Assembly: GCF_009914755.1 (NCBI RefSeq) | Contig: NC_060925.1 | DNA from: the human T2T-CHM13v2.0 reference genome, Homo sapiens | Strand: one strand, 5' to 3' | DNA length: 64,000 nucleotides | Part shown: positions 12,669 to 26,559 of the stretch, one piece after another | How the letters are laid out: each line of letters opens with the position of its first letter | Position numbering within the stretch: position 1 is the first letter of the stretch | Translations under genes and position numbers: made by a program | Notes under the pieces: model-generated | Told to the model about the DNA's origin: nothing | Seen by the model: the letters and a program-made list of their open reading frames with translations, nothing else | Database searches by the model: none

Positions 12669-15600
12669 ATGAAATTGAAATGGATGGACTCATCATCGAA
12701 TGGATTCGAATGGAATCATCGAATAAAATTGATTGAAATCATCATCAAATGGAATCGAATGGTATCATTGAATGGAATCGAATGGAATCATCATCAGATG
12801 GAAATGAATGGAATCGTCATAGAATGGAATCGAATGGATTCATTGAATGGAATCAGATGGAATCATCGAATGGACTGGAATGGAATCATTGAATGGACTC
12901 GAAAGGGATCATTATTGAATGGAATTGAATGGAATCATCGAATGGTCTCGATTGGAATCATTATCAAATGGAATCGAATGGAATCACCGAATAGAATCGA
13001 ATGGAACAATCATCGAATGGACTCAAATGGAATTATCCTCAAATGGAATCGCATGGAATTATTGAATGCAATCGAATGGAATTATCGAATGCAATCGAAT
13101 AGAATCATCGAATGGACTCGAATGGAATCATCGAATGGAATGGAATGGAACAGTCAATGAACTCGAATGGAATCATCATTGAATGGAATCGAATGGAATC
13201 ATCGAGTGGAATCGAATGGAATTATGATCAAATGGAATCGAATGTAATCATCATCAAATGGAATCAAAAATAACCATCATCAATTGGTATTGAATGGAAT
13301 TGTCATCAAATGGAATTCAAAGGAATCATCATCAAATGGAACCGAATGGAATCCTCATTGAATGGAAATGAAAGGTGTCATCATCTAATGGAATCGCACG
13401 GAATCATCATCAAATGGAATCGAATGGAATCATCATCAAATGGAATCTAATGGAATCATTGAACAGAATTGAATGGAATCGTCATCGAATGAATTGAATG
13501 CAATCATCGAATGGTCTCGAATGGAATCATCTTCTAATGGAAAGGAATGGAATCATCGCATAGAATCGAATGGAATTATCATCGAATGGAATCGAATGGT
13601 ATCAACACCAAACGGAAAAAAACGGAATTATCGAATGGAATCGAAGAGAATCTTCGAACGGACCCGAATGGAATCATCTAATGGAATGGAATGGAATAAT
13701 CCATGGACTCGAATGCAATCATCATCGAATGGAATGGAATGGAATCATCGAATGGACTCGAATGGAATAATCATTGAACGGAATCGAATGGAATCATCAT
13801 CGGATGGAAACGAATGGAATCATCATCGAATGGAAATGAAAGGAGTCATCATCTAATGGAATTGCATGGAATCATCATAAAATGGAATCGAATGGAATCA
13901 ACATCAAATGGAATCAAATGGAATCATTGAACGGAATTGAATGGAATCGTCATCGAATGAATTGACTGCAATCATCGAATGGTCTCGAATGGAATCATCT
14001 TCAAATGGAATGGAATGGAATCATCGCATAGAATCGAATGGAATTATCATCGAATGGAATCGAATGGAATCAACATCCAACGGAAAAAAACGGAATTATC
14101 GAATGGAATCGAAGAGAATCATCGAATGGACCCGAATGGAATCATCTAATGGAATGGAATGGAATAATCCATGGACTCGAATGCAATCATCATCGAATGG
14201 AATCGAATGGAATCATCGAATGGACTCGAATGGAATAATCATTGAACGGAATCGAATGGAATCATCATCGGATGGAAATGAATGGAATCATCATCGAATG
14301 GAATCGAATAGAATTATGGAATGAAATCCAGTGTGATCATCATCGAAAGGACCCGAATGGAATCATCATCCAACGGAAGCTAATGGAATCAACATCGAAT
14401 GAATCGAATGGAAACACCATCGAATTGAAACGAATGGAATTATCATGAAATTGAAATGGATGGACTCATCATCGAATGGATTCGAATGGAATCATCGAAT
14501 AAAATTGATTGAAATCATCATCGAATGGAATCGAATGGTATCATTGAATGGAATCGAATGTAATCATCCTCAGATGGAAATGAATGGAATCGTCATAGAA
14601 TGGAATCGAATGGATTCATTGAATGGAATCAGATGGAATCATCGAATGGACTGGAATGGAATCATTGAATGGACTCGAAAGGGATCATGATTGAATGGAA
14701 TTGAATGGAATCATCGAATGGTCTCGATTGGAATCGTTATCAAATGGAATCGAATGGAATCACCGAATAGAATCGAATGGAACAATCATCGAATGGACTC
14801 AAATGGAATTATCCTCCAATGGAATCGAATGGAATTATCGAATGCAATCGAATGGAATTATCGAATGCAATCGAATAGAATCATCGAATGGACTCGAATG
14901 GAATCATCGAATGGAATGGAATGGAACAGTCAATGAACTCGAATGGAATCATCATTGAATGGAATCGAATGGAATCATCGAGTGGAATCGAATGGAATTA
15001 TGATCAAATGGAATCGAATGTAATCATCATCAAATGGAATCAAAAATAACCATCATCAATTGGTATCGAATGGAATTGTCATCAAATGGAATTCAAAGGA
15101 ATCATCATCAAATGGAACCGAATGGAATCCTCATTGAATGGAAATGAAAGGGGTCATCATCTAATGGAATCGCATGGAATCATCATCAAATGGAATCGAA
15201 TGGAATCATCATCAAATGGAATCTAATGGAATCATTGAACAGAATTGAATGGAATCGTCATCGAATGAATTGAATGCAATCATCGAATGGTCTCGAATGG
15301 AATCATCTTCTAATGGAAAGGAATGGAATCATCGCATAGAATCGAATGGAATTATCATCGAATGGAATCGAATGGTATCAACACCAAACGGAAAAAAACG
15401 GAATTATCGAATGGAATCGAAGAGAATCTTCGAACGGACCCGAATGGAATCATCTAATGGAATGGAATGGAATAATCCATGGACTCGAATGCAATCATCA
15501 TCGAATGGAATCGAATGGAATCATCGAATGGACTCGAATGGAATAATCATTGAACGGAATCGAATGGAATCATTATCAGATGGAAACGAATGGAATCATC

Positions 15601-18600
15601 ATCGAATGGAAATGAAAGGAGTCATCATCTAATGGAATTGCATGGAATCATCATAAAATGGAATCGAATGGAATCATCATCGAATGGAATCGAATAGAAT
15701 TATGGAATGAAATCCAGTGTGATCATCATCGAATGGACCCGAATGGAATCATCATCCAACGGAAGCTAATGGAATCAACATCGAATGAATCGAATGGAAA
15801 CACCATCGAATTGAAACGAATGGAATTATCATGAAATTGAAATGGATGGACTCATCATCGAATGGATTCGAATGGAATCATCGAATAAAATTGATTGAAA
15901 TCATCATCAAATGGAATCGGATGGTATCATTGAATGGAATCGAATGGAATCATCATCAGATGGAAATGAATGGAATCGTCATAGAATGGAATCGAATGGA
16001 TTCATTGAATGGAATCAGATGGAATCATCGAATGGACTGGAATGGAATCATTGAATGGACTCGAAAGGGATCATGATTGAATGGAATTGAATGGAATCAT
16101 CGAATGGTCTCGATTGGAATCATTATCAAATGGAATCGAATGGAATCACCGAATAGAATCGAATGGAACAATCATCGAATGGACTCAAATGGAATTATCC
16201 TCCAATGGAATCGAATGGAATTATCGAATGCAATCGAATGGAATTATCGAATGCAATCGAATAGAATCATCGAATGGACTCGAATGGAATCATCGAATGG
16301 AATGGAATGGAACAGTCAATGAACTCGAATGGAATCATCATTGAATGGAATCCAATGGAATCATCGAGTGGAATCGAATGGAATTATGATCAAATGGAAT
16401 CGAATGTAATCATCATCAAATGGAATCAAAAATAACCATCATCAATTGGTATTGAATGGAATTGTCATCAAATGGAATTCAAAGGAATCATCATCAAATG
16501 GAACCGAATGGAATCCTCATTGAATGGAAATGAAAGGGGTCATCATCTAATGGAATCGCATGGAATCATCATAAAATGGAATCGAATGGAATCATCATCA
16601 AATGGAATCTAATGGAATCATTGAACAGAATTGAATGGAATCGTCATCGAATGAATTGAATGCAATCATCGAATGGTCTCGAATGGAATCATCTTCTAAT
16701 GGAAAGGAATGGAATCATCGCATAGAATCGAATGGAATTATCATCGAATGGAATCGAATGGTATCAACACCAAACGGAAAAAAACGGAATTATCGAATGG
16801 AATCGAAGAGAATCTTCGAACGGACCCGAATGGAATCATCTAATGGAATGGAATGGAATAATCCATGGACTCGAATGCAATCATCATCGAATGGAATGGA
16901 ATGGAATCATCGAATGGACTCGAATGGAATAATCATTGAACGGAATCGAATGGAATCATCATCGGATGGAAACGAATGGAATCATCATCGAATGGAAATG
17001 AAAGGAGTCATCATCTAATGGAATTGCATGGAATCATCATAAAATGGAATCGAATGGAATCAACATCAAATGGAATCAAATGGAATCATTGAACGGAATT
17101 GAATGGAATCGTCATCGAATGAATTGACTGCAATCATCGAATGGTCTCGAATGGAATCACCTTCAAATGGAATGGAATGGAATCATCGCATAGAATCGAA
17201 TGGACTTATCATCGAATGGAATCGAATGGAATCAACATCAAACGGAAAAAAACGGAATTATCGAATGGAATCGAAGAGAATCATCGAATGGACCCGAATG
17301 GAATCATCTAATGGAATGGAATGGAATAATCCATGGACTCGAATGCAATCATCATCGAATGGAATCGAATGGAATCATCCAATGGACTCGAATGGAATAA
17401 TCATTGAACGGAATCGAATGGAATCATCATCGGATGGAAATGAATGGAATCATCATCGAATGGAATCGAATAGAATTATGGAATGAAATCCAGTGTGATC
17501 ATCATCGAATGGACCCGAATGGAATCATCATCCAACGGAAGCTAATGGAATCAACATCGAATGAATCGAATGGAAACACCATCGAATTGAAACGAATGGA
17601 ATTATCATGAAATTGAAATGGATGGACTCATCATCGAATGGATTCGAATGGAATCATCGAATAAAATTGATTGAAATCATCATCGAATGGAATCGAATGG
17701 TATCATTGAATGGAATCGAATGGAATCATCATCAGATGGAAATGAATGGAATCGTCATAGAATGGAATCGAATGGATTCATTGAATGGAATCAGATGGAA
17801 TCATCGAATGGACTGGAATGGAATCATTGAATGGACTCGAAAGGGATCATGATTGAATGGAATTGAATGGAATCATCGAATGGTCTCGATTGGAATCATT
17901 ATCAAATGGAATCGAATGGAATCACCGAATAGAATCGAATGGAACAATCATCGAATGGACTCAAATGGAATTATCCTCAAATGGAATCGAATGGAATTAT
18001 CGAATGCAATCGAATGGAATTATCGAATGCAATCGAATAGAATCATCGAATGGACTCGAATGGAATCATCGAATGGAATGGAATGGAACAGTCAATGAAC
18101 TCGAATGGAATCATCATTGAATGGAATCGAATGGAATCATCGAGTGGAATCGAATGGAATTATGATCAAATGGAATCGAATGTAATCATCATCAAATGGA
18201 ATAAAAAATAACCATCATCAATTGGTATTGAATGGAATTGTCATCAAATGGAATTCAAAGGAATCATCATCAAATGGAACCGAATGGAATCCTCATTGAA
18301 TGGAAATGAAAGGGGTCATCATCTAATGGAATCGCATGGAATCATCATCAAATGGAATCGAATGGAATCATCATCAAATGGAATCTAATGGAATCATTGA
18401 ACAGAATTGAATGGAATCGTCATCGAATGAATTGAATGCAATCATCGAATGGTCTCGAATGGAATCATCTTCTAATGGAAAGGAATGGAATCATCGCATA
18501 GAATCGAATGGAATTATCATCGAATGGAATCGAATGGTATCAACACCAAACGGAAAAAAACGGAATTATCGAATGGAATCGAAGAGAATCTTCGAACGGA

Positions 18601-21600
18601 CCCGAATGGAATCATCTAATGGAATGGAATGGAATAATCCATGGACTCGAATGCAATCATCATCGAATGGAATCGAATGGAATCATCGAATGGACTCGAA
18701 TGGAATAATCATTGAACGGAATCGAATGGAATCATCATCGGATGGAAACGAATGGAATCATCATCGAATGGAAATGAAAGGAGTCATCATCTAATGGAAT
18801 TGCATGGAATCATCATAAAATGGAATCGAATGGAATCAACATCAAATGGAATCAAATGGAATCATTGAACGGAATTGAATGGAATCGTCATCGAATGAAT
18901 TGACTGCAATCATCGAATGGTCTCGAATGGAATCATCTTCAAATGGAATGGAATGGAATCATCGCATAGAATCGAATGGAATTATCATCGAATGGAATCG
19001 AATGGAATCAACATCAAACGGAAAAAAACGGAATTATCGAATGGAATCGAAGAGAATCATCGAATGGACCCGAATGGAATCATCTAATGGAATGGAATGG
19101 AATAATCCATGGACTCGAATGCAATCATCATCGAATGGAATCGAATGGAATCATCGAATGGACTCGAATGGAATAATCATTGAACGGAATCGAATGGAAT
19201 CATCATCGGATGGAAATGAATGGAATCATCATCGAATGGAATCGAATAGAATTATGGAATCAAATCCAGTGTGATCATCATCGAATGGACCCGAATGGAA
19301 TCATCATCCAACGGAAGCTAATGGAATCAACATCGAATGAATCGAATGGAAACACCATCGAATTGAAACGAATGGAATTATCATGAAATTGAAATGGATG
19401 GACTCATCATCGAATGGATTCGAATGGAATCATCGAATAAAATTGATTGAAATCATCATCAAATGGAATCGAATGGTATCATTGAATGGAATCGAATGGA
19501 ATCGTCATCAGATGGAAATGAATGGAATCGTCATAGAATGGAATCGAATGGATTCATTGAATGGAATCAGATGGAATCATCGAATGGACTGGAATGGAAT
19601 CATTGAATGGACTCGAAAGGGATCATGATTGAATGGAATTGAATGGAATCATCGAATGGTCTCGATTGGAATCATTATCAAATGGAATCGAATGGAATCA
19701 CCGAATAGAATCGAATGGAACAATCATCGAATGGACTCAAATGGAATTATCCTCAAATGGAATCGAATGGAATTATCGAATGCAATCGAATAGAATCATC
19801 GAATGGACTCGAATGGAATCATCGAATGGAATGGAATGGAACAGTCAATGAACTCGAATGGAATCATCATTGAATGGAATCGAATGGAATCATCAAGTGG
19901 AATCGAATGTAATTATGATCAAATGGAATCGAATGTAATCATCATCAAATGGAATCAAAAATAACCATCATCAATTGGTATTGAATGGAATTGTCATCAA
20001 ATGGAATTCAAAGGAATCATCATCAAATGGAACCGAATGGAATCCTCATTGAATGGAAATGAAAGGGGTCATCATCTAATGGAATCGCATGGAATCATCA
20101 TCAAATGGAATCGAAGGGAATCATCATCAAATGGAATCTAATGGAATCATTGAACAGAATTGAATGGAATCGTCATCGAATGAATTGAATGCAATCATCG
20201 AATGGTCTCGAATGGAATCATCTTCTAATGGAAAGGAATGGAATCATCGCATAGAATCGAATGGAATTATCATCGAATGGAATCGAATGGTATCAACACC
20301 AAACGGAAAAAAACGGAATTATCGAATGGAATCGAAGAGAATCTTCGAACAGACCCGAATGGAATCATCTAATGGAATGGAATGGAATAATCCATGGACT
20401 CGAATGCAATCATCATCGAATGGAATGGAATGGAATCATCGAATGGACTCGAATGGAATAATCATTGAACGGAATCGAATGGAATCATCATCGGATGGAA
20501 ACGAATGGAATCATCATCGAATGGAAATGAAAGGAGTCATCATCTAATGGAATTGCATGGAATCATCATAAAATGGAATCGAATGGAATCAACATCAAAT
20601 GGAATCAAATGGAATCATTGAACGGAATTGAATGGAATCGTCATCGAATGAATTGAATGCAATCATCGAATGGTCTCGAATGGAATCATCTTCAAAAGAA
20701 ATGGAATGGAATCATCGCATAGAATCGAATGGAATTATCATCGAATGGAATCGAATGGAATCAACATCAAACGGAAAAAAACGGAATTATCGAATGGAAT
20801 CGAAGAGAATCATCGAAAGGACCCGAATGGAATCATCTAATGGAATGGAATGGAATAATCCATGGACTCGAATGCAATCATCATCGAATGGAATCGAATG
20901 GAATCATCGAATGGACTCGAATGGAATAATCATTGAACGGAATCGAATGGAATCATCATCGGATGGAAATGAATGGAATCATCATCGAGTGGAAATGAAA
21001 GGAGTCATCATCTAATGCAATTGCATGGAATCATCATAAAATGGAATCGAATGGAATCAACATCAAATGGAATCTAATGGAATCATTGAACAGAATTGAA
21101 TGGAATCGTCATCGAATGAATTGACTGCAATCATCGAATGGTCTCGAATGGAATCATCTTCAAATGGAATGGAATGGAATCATCGCATAGAATCGAATGG
21201 AATTATCATCGAATGGAATCGAATGGAATCAACATCAAACGGAAAAAAACGGAATTATCGAATGGAATCGAAGAGAATCATCGAATGGACCCGAATGGAA
21301 TCATCTAATGGAATGGAATGGAATAATCCATGGACTCGAATGCAATCATCATCGAATGGAATCGAATGGAATCATCGAATGGACTCGAATGGAATAATCA
21401 TTGAACGGAATTGAATGGAATCATCATCGGATGGAAATGAATGGAATCATCATCGAATGGAATCGAATAGATTTATGGAATGAAATCCAGTGTGATCATC
21501 ATCGAATGGACCCGAATGGAATCATCATCCAACGGAAGCTAATGGAATCAACATCGAATGAATCAAATGGAAACACCATCGAATTGAAACGAATGGAATT

Positions 21601-23379
21601 ATTATGAAATTGAAATGGATGGACTCATCATCGAATGGATTCGAATGGAATCATCGAATAAAATTGATTGAAATCATCATCGAATGGAATCGAATGGTAT
21701 CATTGAATGGAATCGAATGGAATCATCATCAGATGGAAATGAATGGAATCGCCATAGAATGGAATCGAATGGATTCATTGAATGGAATCAGATGGAATCA
21801 TCGAATGGACTGGAATGGAATCATTGAATGGACTCGAAAGGGATCATGATTGAATGGAATTGAATGGAATCATCGAATGATCTCGATTGGAATCATTATC
21901 AAATGGAATCGAATGGAATCACCGAATAGAATCGAATGGAACAATCATCGAATGGACTCAAATGGAATTATCCTCAAATGGAATCGAATGGAATTATCGA
22001 ATGCAATCGAATGGAATTATCGAATGCAATCGAATAGAATCATCGAATGGACTCGAATGGAATCATCGAATGGAATGGAATGGAACAGTCAATGAACTCG
22101 AATGGAATCATCATTGAATGGAATCGAATGGAATCATCAAGTGGAATCGAATGGAATTATGATCAAATGGAATCGAATGTAATCATCATCAAATGGAATC
22201 AAAAATAACCATCATCAATTGGTATTGAATGGAATTGTCATCAAATGGAATTCAAAGGAATCATCATCAAATGGAACCGAATGGAATCCTCATTGAATGG
22301 AAATGAAAGGGGTCATCATCTAATGGAATCGCATGGAATCATCATCAAATGGAATCGAATGGAATCATCATCAAATGGAATCTAATGGAATCATTGAACA
22401 GAATTGAATGGAATCGTCATCGAATGAATTGAATGCAATCATCGAATGGTCTCGAATGGAATCATCTTCTAATGGAAAGGAATGGAATCATCGCATAGAA
22501 TCGAATGGAATTATCATCGAATGGAATCGAATGGTATCAACACCAAACGGAAAAAAACGGAATTATCGAATGGAATCGAAGAGAATCTTCGAACGGACCC
22601 GAATGGAATCATCTAATGGAATGGAATGGAATAATCCATGGACTCGAATGCAATCATCATCGAATGGAATCGAATGGAATCATCGAATGGACTCGAATGG
22701 AATAATCATTGAACGGAATCGAATGGAATCATCATCGGATGGAAACGAATGGAATCATCATCGAATGGAAATGAAAGGAGTCATCATCTAATGGAATTGC
22801 ATGGAATCATCATAAAATGGAATCGAATGGAATCAACATCAAATGGAATCAAATGGAATCATTGAACGGAATTGAATGGAATCGTCATCGAATGAATTGA
22901 CTGCAATCATCGAATGGTCTCGAATGGAATCATCTTCAAATGGAATGGAATGGAATCATCGCATAGAATCGAATGGAATTATCATCGAATGGAATCGAAT
23001 GGAATCAACATCAAACGGAAAAAAACGGAATTATCGAATGGAATCGAAGAGAATCATCGAATGGACCCGAATGGAATCATCTAATGGAATGGAATGGAAT
23101 AATCCATGGACTCGAATGCAATCATCATCGAATGGAATCGAATGGAATCATCGAATGGACTCGAATGGAATAATCATTGAACGGAAACGAATGGAATCAT
23201 CATCGGATGGAAATGAATGGAATCATCATCGAATGGAATCGAATAGAATTATGGAATGAAATCCAGTGTGATCATCATCGAATGGACCCGAATGGAATCA
23301 TCATCCAACGGAAGCTAATGGAATCAACATCGAATGAATCAAATGGAAACACCATCGAATTGAAACGAATGGAATTATC

Positions 23380-26300
23380 ATGAAATTGAAATGGATGGAC
23401 TCATCATCGAATGGATTCGAATGGAATCATCGAATAAAATTGATTGAAATCATCATCAAATGGAATCGAATGGTATCATTGAATGGAATCGAATGGAATC
23501 ATCATCAGATGGAAATGAATGGAATCGTCATAGAATGGAATCGAATGGATTCATTGAATGGAATCAGATGGAATCATCGAATGGACTGGAATGGAATCAT
23601 TGAATGGACTCGAAAGGGATCATGATTGAATGGAATTGAATGGAATCATCGAATGGTCTCGATTGGAATCATTATCAAATGGAATCGAATGGAATCACCG
23701 AATAGAATCGAATGGAACAATCATCGAATGGACTCAAATGGAATTATCCTCAAATGGAATCGAATGGAATTATCGAATGCAATCGAATGGAATTATCGAA
23801 TGCAATCGAATAGAATCATCGAATGGACTCGAATGGAATCATCGAATGGAATGGAATGGAACAGTCAATGAACTCGAATGGAATCATCATTGAATGGAAT
23901 CGAATGGAATCATCAAGTGGAATCGAATGGAATTATGATCAAATGGAATCGAATGTAATCATCATCAAATGGAATCAAAAATAACCATCATCAATTGGTA
24001 TTGAATGGAATTGTCATCAAATGGAATTCAAAGGAATCATCATCAAATGGAACCGAATGGAATCCTCATTGAATGGAAATGAAAGGGGTCATCATCTAAT
24101 GGAATCGCATGGAATCATCATCAAATGGAATCGAAGGGAATCATCATCAAATGGAATCTAATGGAATCATTGAACAGAATTGAATGGAATCGTCATCGAA
24201 TGAATTGAATGCAATCATCGAATGGTCTCGAATGGAATCATCTTCTAATGGAAAGGAATGGAATCATCGCATAGAATCGAATGGAATTATCATCGAATGG
24301 AATCGAATGGTATCAACACCAAACGGAAAAAAACGGAATTATCGAATGGAATCGAAGAGAATCTTCGAACAGACCCGAATGGAATCATCTAATGGAATGG
24401 AATGGAATAATCCATGGACTCGAATGCAATCATCATCGAATGGAATGGAATGGAATCATCGAATGGACTCGAATGGAATAATCATTGAACGGAATCGAAT
24501 GGAATCATCATCGGATGGAAACGAATGGAATCATCATCGAATGGAAATGAAAGGAGTCATCATCTAATGGAATTGCATGGAATCATCATAAAATGGAATC
24601 GAATGGAATCAACATCAAATGGAATCAAATGGAATCATTGAACGGAATTGAATGGAATCGTCATCGAATGAATTGAATGCAATCATCGAATGGTCTCGAA
24701 TGGAATCATCTTCAAAAGAAATGGAATGGAATCATCGCATAGAATCGAATGGAATTATCATCGAATGGAATCGAATGGAATCAACATCAAACGGAAAAAA
24801 ACGGAATTATCGAATGGAATCGAAGAGAATCATCGAAAGGACCCGAATGGAATCATCTAATGGAATGGAATGGAATAATCCATGGACTCGAATGCAATCA
24901 TCATCGAATGGAATCGAATGGAATCATCGAATGGACTCGAATGGAATAATCATTGAACGGAATCGAATGGAATCATCATCGGATGGAAATGAATGGAATC
25001 ATCATCGAGTGGAAATGAAAGGAGTCATCATCTAATGCAATTGCATGGAATCATCATCAAATGGAATCGAATGGAATCATCATCAAATGGAATCTAATGG
25101 AATCATTGAACAGAATTGAATGGAATCGTCATCGAATGAATTGAATGCAATCATCGAATGGTCTCGAATGGAATCATCTTCTAATGGAAAGGAATGGAAT
25201 CATCGCATAGAATCGAATGGAATTATCATCGAATGGAATCGAATGGTATCAACACCAAACGGAAAAAAACGGAATTATCGAATGGAATCGAAGAGAATCT
25301 TCGAACAGACCCGAATGGAATCATCTAATGGAATGGAATGGAATAATCCATGGACTCGAATGCAATCATCATCGAATGGAATGGAATGGAATCATCGAAT
25401 GGACTCGAATGGAATAATCATTGAACGGAATCGAATGGAATCATCATCGGATGGAAACGAATGGAATCATCATCGAATGGAAATGAAAGGAGTCATCATC
25501 TAATGGAATTGCATGGAATCATCATAAAATGGAATCGAATGGAATCAACATCAAATGGAATCAAATGGAATCATTGAACGGAATTGAATGGAATCGTCAT
25601 CGAATGAATTGACTGCAATCATCGAATGGTCTCGAATGGAATCATCTTCAAAAGAAATGGAATGGAATCATCGCATAGAATCGAATGGAATTATCATCGA
25701 ATGGAATCGAATGGAATCAACATCAAACGGAAAAAAACGGAATTATCGAATGGAATCGAAGAGAATCATCGAAAGGACCCGAATGGAATCATCTAATGGA
25801 ATGGAATGGAATAATCCATGGACTCGAATGCAATCATCATCGAATGGAATCGAATGGAATCATCGAATGGACTCGAATGGAATAATCATTGAACGGAATC
25901 GAATGGAATCATCATCGGATGGAAATGAATGGAATCATCATCGAGTGGAAATGAAAGGAGTCATCATCTAATGCAATTGCATGGAATCATCATAAAATGG
26001 AATCGAATGGAATCAACATCAAATGGAATCTAATGGAATCATTGAACAGAATTGAATGGAATCGTCATCGAATGAATTGACTGCAATCATCGAATGGTCT
26101 CGAATGGAATCATCTTCAAATGGAATGGAATGGAATCATCGCATAGAATCGAATGGAATTATCATCGAATGGAATCGAATGGAATCAACATCAAACGGAA
26201 AAAAACGGAATTATCGAATGGAATCGAAGAGAATCATCGAATGGACCCGAATGGAATCATCTAATGGAATGGAATGGAATAATCCATGGACTCGAATGCA

Positions 26301-26559
26301 ATCATCATCGAATGGAATCGAATGGAATCATCGAATGGACTCGAATGGAATAATCATTGAACGGAATCGAATGGAATCATCATCGGATGGAAATGAATGG
26401 AATCATCATCGAATGGAATCGAATAGATTTATGGAATGAAATCCAGTGTGATCATCATCGAATGGACCCGAATGGAATCATCATCCAACGGAAGCTAATG
26501 GAATCAACATCGAATGAATCAAATGGAAACACCATCGAATTGAAACGAATGGAATTATC
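23380..26559 (+). repeat. 3180-bp five-module variant unit (840+5x468)
   Basis: Module starts at 24184, 24652, 25120, 25588 and 26056. Confidence 0.92.

Larger units (their letters stand above)
885..25050 (+). repeat. ~12.6-kb tandem super-repeat of seven units, about two copies (offset 12588, then 12565 after a 23-bp deletion)
   Basis: The unit-length pattern 1776,1386,1776,1776,2244,1776 repeats, and rare variants recur at a fixed offset (1353/13941, 1857/14445, 4515/17103, 8535/21100, 10311/22876). Ends are approximate. Confidence 0.85.

Noticed and set aside
12669-13160. 163-aa ORF toggled by the ATCATGATTG / ATCATTATTG variant
   Set aside because: A single recurrent substitution removes a TGA. 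There is no evidence of coding constraint, so it is only a lineage marker.
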